A DNA stretch of 64,000 bases from the NCBI RefSeq assembly GCF_023055435.1, contig NW_025963779.1, forward strand, positions 50,716,001-50,780,000, written 5' to 3'. A program made the position numbers and the translations under genes. Below are positions 1 to 12,700 of the stretch, one piece after another. Source of the stretch: Haliotis rufescens (Eukaryota). Below the pieces are notes generated by a model, which had not been told where the DNA came from, ran no database searches, and saw only the letters and a program-made list of their open reading frames with translations. Every line of letters begins with the position of its first letter. Position 1 is the first letter of the stretch.

Positions 1-31
1 ACCCTTAGACGATAGGATCACCCGTGCCCCC
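1..31 (-). mobile_element. 5' head of tRNA-derived SINE (family 2), truncated by window edge
   Basis: Reverse complement GGGGGCACGGGTGATCCTATCGTCTAAGG matches the head of the full copy at 35775 (GGGGCACGGGTGGCCCAGTCGTCTAAGG). Confidence 0.7.
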
Positions 32-1464
32 GAGTCATCACATGTGGGGAAGTTCTAAAGTGATGCAGATCCTTGGTAGTAAACTAATGCGTTTGTATCA
101 CATCTCGTATCTCTCCTTCTCGTTGGTGCTGGTGTATTTTTTATGAAACAGAATATATTTGGTTTGTCCTTATCAGAAGTGCAAGAGCACCAAGAGGTTG
201 AGAGAGTTGGAATGACGTCAATTTTAGAGTGGCGATGTGTGTCCTGCGAGATAATGAAAGTGATATTGTGACAATTCCCAGGTTTCTGCTTGCCGTACAG
301 CGTGACACTGACAGCCAACAGAGTTTCCAATATATCTATTTCAGAAACTTTCAACACAGATGTGTTGGATAACAAAATAGACGTGTTGATAACAAGTAAC
401 TACAGTCGATCCAACAATGCTAATAAGCTTGACCCATAATTAACTACATTGTATGTATTTCCTCTTGTAGTTCATTATTTACATGCATTCGGGTATTCAA
501 TCTAAATAATTACTTTACACTTGTGTTCAATGTGTTTGCAAAACTCACTTGAATTGCGTATGTTGACTTTTATTTGGCAGAGAATGACTTTATTGGAACC
601 CACAACCTTTCTGGGTTGACAACTGAATACATTACTACAGTAACTACCTTTAGGAATATACCAGCAAGTTAAAACCTGGGAGTACATTTTATTTTTAGTA
701 TTCATTTCCTAATATGAATACAAGTTCAGAAGAACATGCATATCTGGCCTTGCAGCTTCAGTTGATATTATCTTGCATCTAAAACAAAAGTGCATATATG
801 GCTGAGCTTGTAAATATTTAAGTACACATATGTAATACCATTGTCATCTCCACTGTAGAAAAGAATCGTATTAATAACGTAAGAGGACATGTCATCCGGC
901 CTAAGTCATTTCTTGCAATGTTTTGCAAATACTGAATTTACGAGAGAATTGGTACATGTATATGAAGAATATTTCTGTGTTAGTTTCTATGCACCGGTTA
1001 CAAAAAGTACGTGCGTGAATGTACAATTGTTATGATGGACTATACACGCAGTGCCTATCATCCCAATCCTAATTCAGTGTGGACGTCAATAATTGAAGTG
1101 AACCAAAACGTAGCTTAATCTGAAACGTTTTTCATTCGATTTATACTTCGAGGCTGAAACAATTCATAAAACGGTTAGGGGGCATTCACTTTCATGGTTG
1201 CTAAATTAGTCGCAATAGAGTCTGCGATCTATTAATTTGAACTCGACCACAGTTGCTTTCTGTATTTTTAGTTTTATAATCAGTTTGACCATCGAATCGT
1301 GAAGACTCTCTGGAATCGAGCTATATAACATTGCGCATTAGGAGATTGCAGCTTAAGGTGGGGACAAAACATGATTTTCATCACCTCAACTGAAAAAAGA
1401 ACAACACAACACTCAAGGTTATTATTTAAAGGTGTCTTATGTGCTGAGTTAAACTTTTACAAAG

Positions 1465-1731
1465 TGTAGTGGATGGAGTTTAACGTCGCGTTCAAGATGT
1501 CGCATTTATATAGCGACTTGCATGCGCGTGTGTGCGTGTGCATGCATGAAGTAGTCCGGACTATGCCGATTTTATAGAGCTAGTCCACTGAGATACCATC
1601 TCGAAGTTCAACATAAATATCCCACTCAGACACAGACACAATCCTTGTTTTACCTCCTTAATGCCGAGGGCCAGGCAGAATAACAATATGTACCATCTTT
1701 TAACGTCTTTTACGCGGCAGTGTATCGAACC
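1465..1731 (-). mobile_element. tRNA-derived SINE (family 1, Meta-domain-like), partial
   Basis: Reverse complement aligns with the 8614-8972 and 23778-24154 copies (CCCACTCAGACAC, GTACCATCTTT, TCGAACCC B-box remnant). Confidence 0.75.
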
Positions 1732-1989
1732 CTATCTAAGTGCACAGTGGGTATTAAATTTAACACAGGTATACGTTTCGGGTGTTGCCACGGCGCCAGT
1801 CTAAATAGATTAACGGACATCGGCTCAAACCACCAGTCCTCTAATCAGCCCTGTCTGAGCATCTGGACAGCGACTCTGGCCCTTTGAACACGCGTCGGAG
1901 CGGCGTAGACACACAGACAGAAACTTGTATATTTACGTATCACCGTTAATTACATCTGAAATAGTACAGTAATTACAGATATAAAGCCA

Positions 1990-3420
1990 CCCTTCAAAAA
2001 AGGGGTCAAGTTAAAAGAACATGGGCTTCATTTTCTATTTTGTATGGGCAATTAAAACATACTCTTTTTTCTTCTGGAATATTTTCAAAATGCCCAGTTT
2101 CTCTTTTTGTCAGCTACACCACATCTAAATTGGCTGAACGGTATATCTTAGGCCATATGTCGTAGTGGATAATTTTTTAGTTTCATATTATGTATTAAAA
2201 CACCTGTATGGTCTAATTTTATTTTTCGCTGTCTTCCCTTTCCTTTCTGTATAGATTCAGTCCCTTCCTGGCAAGATTCCTTTATTAGGCATCGTTTCAC
2301 TTCACTACACAAATTCTTGACACTATGGCTTGTTCTGTCGGTGTTCTGTAGGTTTAGCTCTGCTAGTTTATCAATCACTCTTGCTCCAGTTCTTTCTCTT
2401 TTCAGCATAACGTTCTGCCCACTCACACATGGTTCTGTTTAGCCTTTGTAGCATCATCTGGAATCTACGTCATTGTGTTGTAATGCTCTCCCACTGCCTC
2501 TCCATTCACTGCTGCGTCAGGTGCATACTTTCCTTATCCCAAGAAGTTCCTGATTTCTCGATTCTGTACGAGATTGATTTAAGATATATCTGAAATTCCC
2601 CATATGGCCGCCCCGTTGTTTAAGGTTGACCATACCATGCCATCATATAGTTTTTTTAAAGGAGTTGAAAGGGATTCCACAAAATGCTTTTGTTTCTGCT
2701 ATTAATATTCCGAGAGATGTATTAGCTGACTCTGCAGCATTGATATCCAAATATTCTGTAACTAATAGGCCCAGATAGTTATACTGAGTGGTAGTGGTCT
2801 CTATCTTCATACTGTATATGTAAAACGTTCTCTGACCTCTCGGATTTCTGAAGTGTACAAGTTCTGTACGTCTAATAAAAGATTTAGGTCCTCCTTATTT
2901 TTGGCTACCAGAGCAAGATCATCAGCTCACCCCAGTCCTGCAACTACAGTGTTATCAATATTTACGCCGATATCGATGAGTCTCAAGCAGGATATTAAAC
3001 GAAAGTGGTGAAAGAAGGCATCCTTGAATCAGTCCACGAGTTACACTTAACCACGGTGTATCAAGTCTATTTAATCGCAAACAACACTGGACATCCTTAT
3101 GCAGACATCAGGGCTGAGAACATCTGCCCGTTGATACCCATTTTCTCTAGCTTGTTCCACATAATATTCCCATCAATGGAATTGTAAGCCTTTTTAAAGT
3201 TAACAAAGGCTTCAAAAGTAGACTTCTTCTGTAGACCGTTTCTTCCGGGTTCTAGTTTGTGTGTCACGTATTACACAATATCGCTCTGCCTTTTTTTGTA
3301 GTCTGGTGGTAAGAACTCTGCAGTAAAGGTTGTACATTGCCGTTTGAGCGGAAGTCCTCTTTATGAAGCCGGATCTTTAGGGTCAAGGATAGAACTGGAA
3401 AAGGTTAATTGGGCCGAGTT
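1990..3420 (-). mobile_element. Non-LTR retrotransposon (LINE) ORF2 RT remnant
   Basis: Minus-strand motifs AFVNFKKAYNSID, GLIQGCLLSPLSFN, ADDLAL, YNYLG and C-terminal QFRCGVA, broken by stops and frameshifts. Confidence 0.9.
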
Positions 3421-4917
3421 AGGCAATGGCAGATAACACTATGGCCGGGATATCTTTGATATATTCCTACTGAGTGGGTTGCATGAACAGTCTTTAAGCT
3501 ACTCCAACATTCTACTCCAATAATATACAAGCCCTTGTGTAGGTGTGTCAACGTCTACCTTGATTTCCAGTCTATACATGAGAAGAGAATCATATGGTCC
3601 TATACATATACCACTACAGGTGAAGTGGGTGAAACGATTGAGCAGCTCATGTGGCCTCAACGTCGTTTCAAGTGACCTGTGTGTACATGAAAACATCTCA
3701 TTTGGCCTCCTATCCTCAGGAGATGTGTGTTTACATGTAGAAGAGCTGCACGTGCATCTGTAGTTGATTCGGATGTACATCTAGAAATCCAGACAAGCTT
3801 ACGTTACGCCGACACTGTGTAATGCTGGTGTAATTGCGGCTGTAGAACAGCCAGTATATGTAGGGTTCTCGTTTACAACTATCCCATCGAAAAGCGTATA
3901 AGAACGTAGTATGACAAAGGTGAGTTCGTACTGTGTTATGGGTTGTGCTAAAATTTATGGGTTGTGCTCAAATGAAAGTAGGACATTTTGTAGCGATGTT
4001 TTAATTCAACTGTCAGTATTGCGCATTGATAGTCAGATGTATGAAGCAACATTATCCCAATACGCTAATATAAACCGTCACCTGATGAATATATATATGA
4101 ATACAAGAAGCTCTGTATAATTTTGAGTCATTTAGCATATACAGTTGACGTATTTATGTATCTAAGGATGAGGTAGGTAATTAAACAGGACTATACTTCC
4201 TTCAACCTCAATCATATCCTTTTTACAGGCCATAGAAATCTGAAACACCACTCATAATACATTATGTTATTACGGTTTTTTTAAAAAAGAATAAGTCGAA
4301 TGGCATTCAGTAGTCTTTTTATATATTAGGAAATTGTAGTTCGGAGTCTCTGCTGTCCCTGCTGACTCTGGATTGGATAAGCAGAATATTTAATCACAGC
4401 AACTATTCCTTTGAAAAGAAAAGAAAGTTATTTTAATTCCTTTACTTTGTACCATGTACATCGAAAAAATATATATGTAAATCAGTGATGATTGTATCCG
4501 TTGATAATATGGCATCACGGTGGTGGCCGTTGATGACGGCGGCGGCGTGACATCGATAAAGTGTCCTCCACAGGAAAGCAGAGAAGGGAAGTAATTATCT
4601 AATATACTACGTTGCCTTAACGTTGTAGAGATGTTTGCTAACTGTACCAACGTCCACTGTACTGATAAGAAACATGTGCAAGGGTGTTAACACAGTTCAC
4701 AGTTTAACTTCAGAGGAAACACGAAATGGTAACAATTGTCATGCATACCTCTCCCTTAAATCTCCCACTAACTCATTGCTCTGCTTAGGTGATGTTCTAT
4801 CTAGTTGAACGGTTAGTAAAGACACATGTACCTGTTCAACATTTGCAAACACGGGGAATGAGTGTTTCAGCGTGAAATAATTAAAACAGAACTCAGTTAT
4901 TGTCTCTGTTCCTGAAC

Positions 4918-5160
4918 GGGGAGACGGGCGGCCTATTCATCTTAAAGTCCACTGTTCGTTGACCCGATAGGCAGGACATGAACCCACGATCGTGAATTCT
5001 AATCACTGTTCGACCTGATTATGGTTTTGTCAACACCGTTGATTTCACCAAAGAGGCAATCATCAAGGATCTGCATCGCTTCAGGCTTTCCTCCCACATT
5101 CATCTGGCAAGTCGTGACATGGTTAATTTACTGTTCACTGCGGCGTTAAAACGAACACTT
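4918..5160 (+). mobile_element. Old diverged SINE (family 2-related)
   Basis: CCTGATTATG, TTTCACCAAAG, CCTCCCACATT and GCGGCGTTAAAC blocks in the same order as in 35775-36055. Confidence 0.55.
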
Positions 5161-7409
5161 ATTCCAACATTAGGATATATATACATGTGAAATAAACGAG
5201 AACATGTATGATAAATATATCCACTGTACATATCTACATAATTGCGTTGAAAAATCAACTAGTTGAAAGAAAATTATGTTCATTTCTTAATCAGCCATCA
5301 TGACAATCCGCCATACGTAACATTTATTGTCTGTTACACACTTCAGAGCTCAACACAAGTAAACTCATTTCATCTTATTACAGATCAGAAAGAGGAAACA
5401 TACGTTTCCTAATTTCATCATCTTAGTTCAATCGAATTATTCCAGAGAACCCCCAATAATAACAATTCTCCCTGGGAAGCACGCTGTCAAGTTGGTTTAA
5501 GTTAATGCTTTTATTACATTTTATGGACGCTTGAGAAGAACGTGATCTTTGATAATCCCTCAAGGGCTGATCATGATGTTAATATAGAACATTATTTAAC
5601 ATTTTCTCTGAAAGTCTTTGTTGAAATGAATTGGACTACATACACGCCTGATAATCATTAACTATATTAGAAACATTATTTTAAACGCAGTCTAATTCAC
5701 ACATGACACGCGAATTGACGTTTTTAGGTGTTATTTGTTTTGTTATACACACGTTCGATTTGACTAGAACATTTGTCATTTACTTTCTCAGAAGGAAATA
5801 CAGCTAATACATACACAGTAAACATCTTGGAGACGGAGACTGAAAGATGTCACTTCCATCTCTCACCCTTTGTTTAGATGTAGAATTAAGAGATACGATT
5901 TATTACCTGGCCGTACTGAATGTGCATGTATTTGCTTTGGCCATCCCCTTTGCCATCCCGAGCAGAATATTTTTTATTCACCAATTATAGTTCTTGACAC
6001 ATCAAGCATATGAGGAACATGCACGGGGCATGGTATTAGTTCAACATTTAATAGTATCGCTAACACTTGTCCCTTAGCCTTCAGCTTTTTTTTAAAGTTG
6101 TTGAGTTAACCTTAAGACAAGACTCTTGCGAGTAATGGTTCGTAGAGAAAATGGTCTTTTGTCATTGTCACACATCTTAAAAACGCGGAAAGCAAATTCC
6201 TCGCAATCCTCTGATATATATAATTCACTATGGTTTGTATTGATTTACTTCTACTCGTTCAGTGTGCCTTAATTTATTTATTTTATTTAGTAATTTTGTA
6301 GAAATGAAACTGGATGAAGGTAAATGCAATCTTACGTTGAAAGCTTCACAGTCGATTTTAGAAATATTGTTCCCAAACCGCATTACTACAAAGTATTCAG
6401 ACACTATTTCAGGATGGATATGTAAGTGTACAAAATTTTAATGTTTTTCACTACGTAACCTTAAAAAAGTGCACCACCAACAATTGTTAAATCACATGTC
6501 GTCAGTATCAGTTCTGTCTGTTAAATGTTATCTCAATCACAATGCACGATTCTCATTCCATCTGTACTCTTATTTAGCAAATACTAATTTCTGTCTATAA
6601 CAATTCTTCCGCCTGTCGTGTTTACATAGCTTAGTAAGCTAAAACAGCTTGCTCAAAAGCAAATCCTTTCTGCTTTAACAGGCACGCATTTCAAGCAACT
6701 TGGAAGGAACTTCACAGATGTATACATGTACGTATATGAAGTTTCTCTTTGATCCAGCGAGTATCTTCTCTGACAGACCAGAAAGCATTATTTATATATT
6801 CCAGCAGCCATAATAATCAATGATGTAATCAATTGCGTTTATGTTACATGTCATATTTCTCTTTTTTGTTCTAATCTGTTCTTTATTTATTTGATATTAT
6901 CATTTAGATTTCAGTCTAATACATAGTTTCGATTAAACACTTAGTCTTGAATTTGGCTTAAATATGTACATGTATTCTAATGTAGCATGGCTTTTTCTCT
7001 GTGATCAAGTACACATACATGGTGTCTGAGTAAAGTTTACGTGGCTGTTAGCGTGGCTATCCGTGTCCCAGTCCGTTGTAACGTTTCTTTGTTTAACGCC
7101 GCACTCAGCAAACATTGTTGTATACGTGCATGTGATCCACTGTATTGTGAATAACAGTTGCAATTCTCACTCTTGTGTTAGGCTGTTCTCCACTTCAAAA
7201 AGTAATCCGTCAAATTGTTTGCATCTGTTGAAATGGATAAAGTCAATATTGCGTAAAGACATGTTCAATGAACAAAAGTCCGTTGTGCCACACAATTCCA
7301 AGAAACGACACGTGACCAAAATCATTGAGATCACCAGTCAAAATGAGCGCATCTGGCCAAACATGACACGTCAAAAATCACGAAAACAATATCGTTGTCC
7401 AGAAATATA

Positions 7410-7870
7410 ACCCTGAGAAGCGCGTATGTAATCACAGCCTGGCACCGTCGTCTCATGCTCCCAACAAGCGTCTGGATGGTTGCCAAGAGAAGATTGTTCC
7501 ACTCTTAAATAAGAGCGTCGTGAGAGGGCGATGGGCAGTTCGTTCCACAAGTGCTCTATAGGGTTGAGATCCGTTGACCGGGCTGGCCACTCTATGCGGA
7601 CAATGGTATTTGCTCTAGGTAGGCATCAACGACCCTGGCACGATGAGGTCGTGCGTTTTCGTCCATGAGGATGAAGTTCTGTCCGATTGCACCAACATAC
7701 GGTCCACAATGTCATCCCTGTAGCGCAAAGCTGTCATCGTGTCCCGCTGTAGGACATTGAGATCGGTTCTTCCAGCTCAACTGATACCACCCCAAATGTA
7801 TGAGCCCCGTCCCAAGCGGTCACCTACGTTGGATCCTGAAATCTTTTTCCTTGTCTTCGCCACACCCGGT
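7410..7870 (-). mobile_element. Tc1-like (DD34E) transposase remnant
   Basis: Minus strand reads FILMDENARPHRARVVDAYLE ... IEWPARSTDLNPIEHLWNEL, the canonical Tc1 catalytic motifs; frameshifted. Confidence 0.9.
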
Positions 7871-8613
7871 CATGACGTGACGACAACAAAGGCGATCGTC
7901 AGTTTAGATCCTAATTTAGTGAATAAATGACCATAGATAGACATCCTGGGTACATTAAAGTGTCTCCGAGCCGACGAGTCCCTATTTTGTTCTATCCCCG
8001 TAATGCTGAGCACCTTGCATGGACACAACCAGTTCCAACCTTTGGTTCGAAACAACGACCTTCGAATTCCGCTCTCATGCCAGACCCTTTATCCACTGGA
8101 CCACAAAAGATGGCAAACATTCTATGATTCAGTTATATTCACTGATCTCAGTGTATATTTCACAGGTGATTTCTTGAGTCTATGATACATCATTGCATTT
8201 GTTATCTATCATGATCGATATGCGCGCAACCAATTTCTTTTTGTCAGTAATATTTACAAGCCTGCTAACTGACGCTCACGTTCACAGACAAAACGATGTT
8301 GTTCTCAAATGTAGCATTCCCAAGGTTAATAGACATGACACATGTTCAGTTATCATATGCTGCTTCAGTAGCACATTTTTTCTTGGAGTATATATCATGG
8401 TGTACATGTTCACAATCGCGGTTATCAATTTGCGTTCCCTGTATGAATAATCATGGATGCTCTTCCGTGGGTTTGGGCTGAGATCAGGTACTAGAACTAG
8501 CTACAAATAAGATTTTCTTAACAGTATTCCAGCAACATCACGAGGTCCGAGAACGTCCATGCACCAGAGCGTGAGTGCACATACATGTACATATTCGACA
8601 CCATGGTATTGAG

Positions 8614-8972
8614 GGCCAGACTCCGTGCGCCTACTGGTTGGAGCGTCTGCCCGGAGAGCGTAGGGTCCGGGGTGCGATTCCCGGCCGCGTCATACCCAAA
8701 GACGTTAAGAGATAGTACTTGTTGTTACCCTGTCTGGCGCTCGGCTTTAATGTGTTAAAGCAACGACTGGTCTGCTCGGGATACTGTGTCTGAGTGGGGT
8801 ATTCATGTTAAACTGAGTGGGGTATTTATGGTATCTCAGTGCGCTAGCACCATAAAATAGGCATCAGACTAGTACACACAGCAACACACATTCAAACACA
8901 CACAAACGCGCACGCACATTGCTATATAAATGCAATAATCTTGGACACAACGTTAAACCCATTCACCTCACC
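8614..8972 (+). mobile_element. tRNA-derived SINE (family 1, Meta-domain-like), near full length
   Basis: tRNA-like head with A/B boxes (TGGTTGGAGCG...GCGATTCCC), then CGCGTCATACCCAAAGACGTTAAGAGATAGTAC resembling the MetaSINE central domain as I recall it, a CA-rich tract and a CGTTAAACCC tail. Confidence 0.8.
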
Positions 8973-10959
8973 ATAGTCTATTGCATCGAGAGTAAACAAA
9001 CCTCTTCTTGTAATTTTGTAAGCATGTGCAATCCGCATCGTGAATAAACTGAAACATGTCTCCTATTGAGCCTTTCATGTCCGTTCGTTTGCGTTTATAG
9101 TGTCAGTGTGATCCTTCTGTGAACATATTTAGAACGATTTGCAATTACACAAATATAATATTATATTAATAACAGGTACTTCGAAAATAGAACGCTACCT
9201 ATTATATTTGAATTTAAACAAAACTGAAAGACATCTTGGTGTGACATTTAAAAATATTTCTTTTCGGGAACATGCATGGTTTCAAATAAAATTTATTCAA
9301 GCTTTTTTCAAAAAGTGGCACCTTATTCATATTGTCTATTTTCGTTCTGCTTTTAGTTATATTTAACTGATTCGATTTAGGCTTCTCAACAGGACGGCAC
9401 AGTGAAACTACGTGTATCAAATTCAAACAGCAGCCATGCCATGAGTTGATTTGATACTTTACGAGTTAAAAACGTAACTTCCATTCACCGTGTAACAAGC
9501 CCTCCATTTACTGACAAAGGATTTTTGAAAGCAGCTGAAAGCAGAGATGAAGTTTCCAGGAATGCAATTTATAACAGAAATTGATTTTGCCAGAGTTTGT
9601 GCCCTGATCTCGTTCCAACAAAACTTGAATATGCCATATTATCTTATTTTTGGGATTGAACTTCAGCAACTTCTCAACAACAGTTTAATCCAATGGCAAA
9701 GCGCTGCATTATCATGACACAACACACTCAACAAACGTTGATCAACTCTTAACCCTTTGTATGTTCAGGACGATAGTTCTATATTTATTCTTCCCATGAA
9801 GTTTACGCTGTGCGTTTCAGTTGCTGTTTTATCTAATCATATATATGCTTACGGTGTATAATACATTTTGGTTGGCAAATGGTTAATGTGGTTTGATTGT
9901 GATGCAAAGTGCTCGACTCCACAGCTCAAACCGTATTGACAAGCAGCTAAAATAGGCTTCGACACGTGTACATGAAGTACTAGAAGCATTTTCATGATAT
10001 ATTACTTGATAAATATTTATAGTCATATTAATTGTAACGTCAGAGTTAAGTACTACGTTAGGAGTTTAGGTTCTGAATTATTCATATGTTAACATATATT
10101 TATGTTGCCCAAATCAAAGAAGAGATAGATGCTATGACAAAAAAGGTAGAATATGTACATTGTTACGAGGGGATATCCAAATGGAAACGCAGACGTTAAA
10201 CTAGAAATTGATCTGCACAGAAGTAAATCGGTAAATAACCACACAAGATCGATGATTAATCAGTAAATGATATTTACACACAACTGGCAATACACTGGGT
10301 CAAATAAGCAACAGCAGCAATAAGTAACAAGTATCCAAACCGCATTTTGTAAGTGGAAAAGAAATATCCAAAAAGGCCCCGAATCGCCCCCTTGGTTCTC
10401 TTAATTTGGTACAGTCAGCCATGTAGAAACTGTTCCATCCAGAAACTTCTTGAACGTTCAATCTTCTCATGGCCATGTGTACAACCAGGGGCAGACAACT
10501 CTAATACCTCTGGAACAAAACCAGTATGAAAAGTGGGAATCCGAAGAAAAAAAATAGTTACACAAACTCTTTGTCTAAATCTCCATTCTTCTCGAAGGAC
10601 ATCACAGTGTGGTTAACTTATTTCCTTCAGATTGGAACCACAATCCGTAGACTAATTTCTGAGTTTCCTTCATCTTGTTTGCATTCTAGACAGAGCTGGA
10701 ACCCGAACTGAACATTCAATTGTGAAAGGTGAATATTTTATAGATGGTCTGAAACTTACGATGTTCTGAAACACGACGGAGATCTATTAAGTATCAGTTT
10801 ATCAGTGGCAATACTTTAAAATAGCATTTGTGTAAGTGAATTGTTGGAAGTGCGTGAAATGCATACGTATAACAGCAGTCCGGTATTTTCTCAATGTAAA
10901 ACTCGGAACTTGCTTACCATCTCATTGGATACGTTATCTACAGCAGGGTAACAATTATG

Positions 10960-11710
10960 ACTTGCCACGCGCCAGTTACGTCAACAAGTAACCATATTCG
11001 GCCTATCCAAACTGCGACATTAACAGCTCGGACATGACCAAGTTTGGGACCAATTAGTGGCAGAATCGTACGCATCCGATTGAGGGAGCACACCATCTGG
11101 CCCTGACTTCCTGTTATACACCCAATTTAGCTTCCACGACACCGTCAGGCACGACGAGGTTGGTGTAGACAGCATCTGAGGTCCAGAAGACAAGACTGGG
11201 ACAATATACTGTTCACAGGTTAGTTCTGGTTTCATCTAGACGGCTGTTATGGTCGTGCTAGGGTTTACAGGCGACGCTTGTGTTACTCAACGTCATCCGC
11301 GTGGGGGTGGGCGTGTACTCACTACTCCTGGAAAGAACACAACTCATCATTGTTAATGGCAATTTGAAAGGTGAACTCTATTTGGACGACATCAATCGAT
11401 CAGGTTTGCCCTGCAAATGCGGGGACGTAAAAGTGCGTCAAATTGCAGCAGGATAATGCCCGCCAAAACATTGTACGTGTTGCAACATACGTTTTGAGGC
11501 GGCATAACGGTGCTGTACTGCCATTGCCGGCTGTTCCTCCAGACGTCTTATACATAGAACATGTTTTGGATGAGATACGTCGACGCCTACGACAGGACCA
11601 GAACCAGGACAGGACGTAAGCCCAGTTGGACAACTTCTCCCAGGTTGTTTTTAATCATCTTCCATCTCTCGCCCGCCTGTATCAACGCAAATGGTAATCT
11701 CACTCCATAT
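10960..11710 (+). mobile_element. Tc1-like transposase remnant
   Basis: VRIRLRE...WDNILFT...GRARVYRR and LQQDNARQ...VLPLPAVPPDVLYIEHVLDEIRRRL (decayed WPAxSPDLxPIEHxWD). Confidence 0.85.
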
Positions 11711-12584
11711 TAACATGGTTATTTTAGTTGTTACACCTGCCTTCTTTTTGGGTGTGTTGCCCCTGTCTCCTGTTACCATGTATGGGTTTTGTCAATGACT
11801 GAGTTATGATTTTAAATTGATCAGACGAATGACCAAATATTACGTTGTTATTTTCTAAAACATAACATATATACAAACAAATGATTACTTCAGGTGTATT
11901 ATCAGGTGTATAAGTATTAGTATTAACGTATTAAATATTTTTTTGCAAATCCAGACAATTCGTGCTTGTCAAAATCCATTTATCAATACAAGCTCTTTGC
12001 CGTTCACCGGCTCTTCGGAAGTAATAAAAACTTTAACTTATTTATACGATACGGGTAGTTATGGAGAATATATATATATCATAAATGATAGTATCATTTG
12101 TCTATAGAAAGAACACACTGGGGACTTGGTGGCGCACTGTGCGGCTTGTGTTGCGACATGGTTAATTGCATTCATGTTTGTTGATAAACACGTGAAATAT
12201 GCATCAATCACGAAGACAGAATCGCGTCAATTGATCATCAGCGGGTGCCAACATCAAGTCATGGAATAATTAATACTTGTTCAGATGTCAAAAAGTAATA
12301 AATCCCCTTCAGTTGTTAAAGATTTGACTTCTTTACACATAACTTGTACAATCATCAGAAATAAACCGCCTGGTTTGCCATTTGTTCATAAATATATAGT
12401 TATGGATATGAAACAGATTTGTTTTCAACTAGATAAAAATTAAACGCATATATGATCTTATTCATGTACAGGTACCTTCATATAAGTTCAAAACTTCAAC
12501 GCTAGAGAATACAGATTCCATACTTATGAAACTTACATGAATATCATTCCACTGAATGTTTTGCCCAAATTGTCTGTCGCTCGA

Positions 12585-12700
12585 CATGAAGGGGGAATTC
12601 ATGACTGGGGATCGAAACCATCCCTCTTGTCAGACAGTTTGATACAGAGGTGACCATCTTTTGAATTTCGACGCATAAATCCCGATTGGACACTGAATGT
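12585..12700 (-). mobile_element. Penelope-like element RT C-terminal fragment (shared with copies C and D)
   Basis: GHLCIKLSDKRDGFD resembles the PLE motif KLYDKRDDFNFPIVNFPF; paralogous to 49000-49150 and 59750-59895. Confidence 0.65.
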
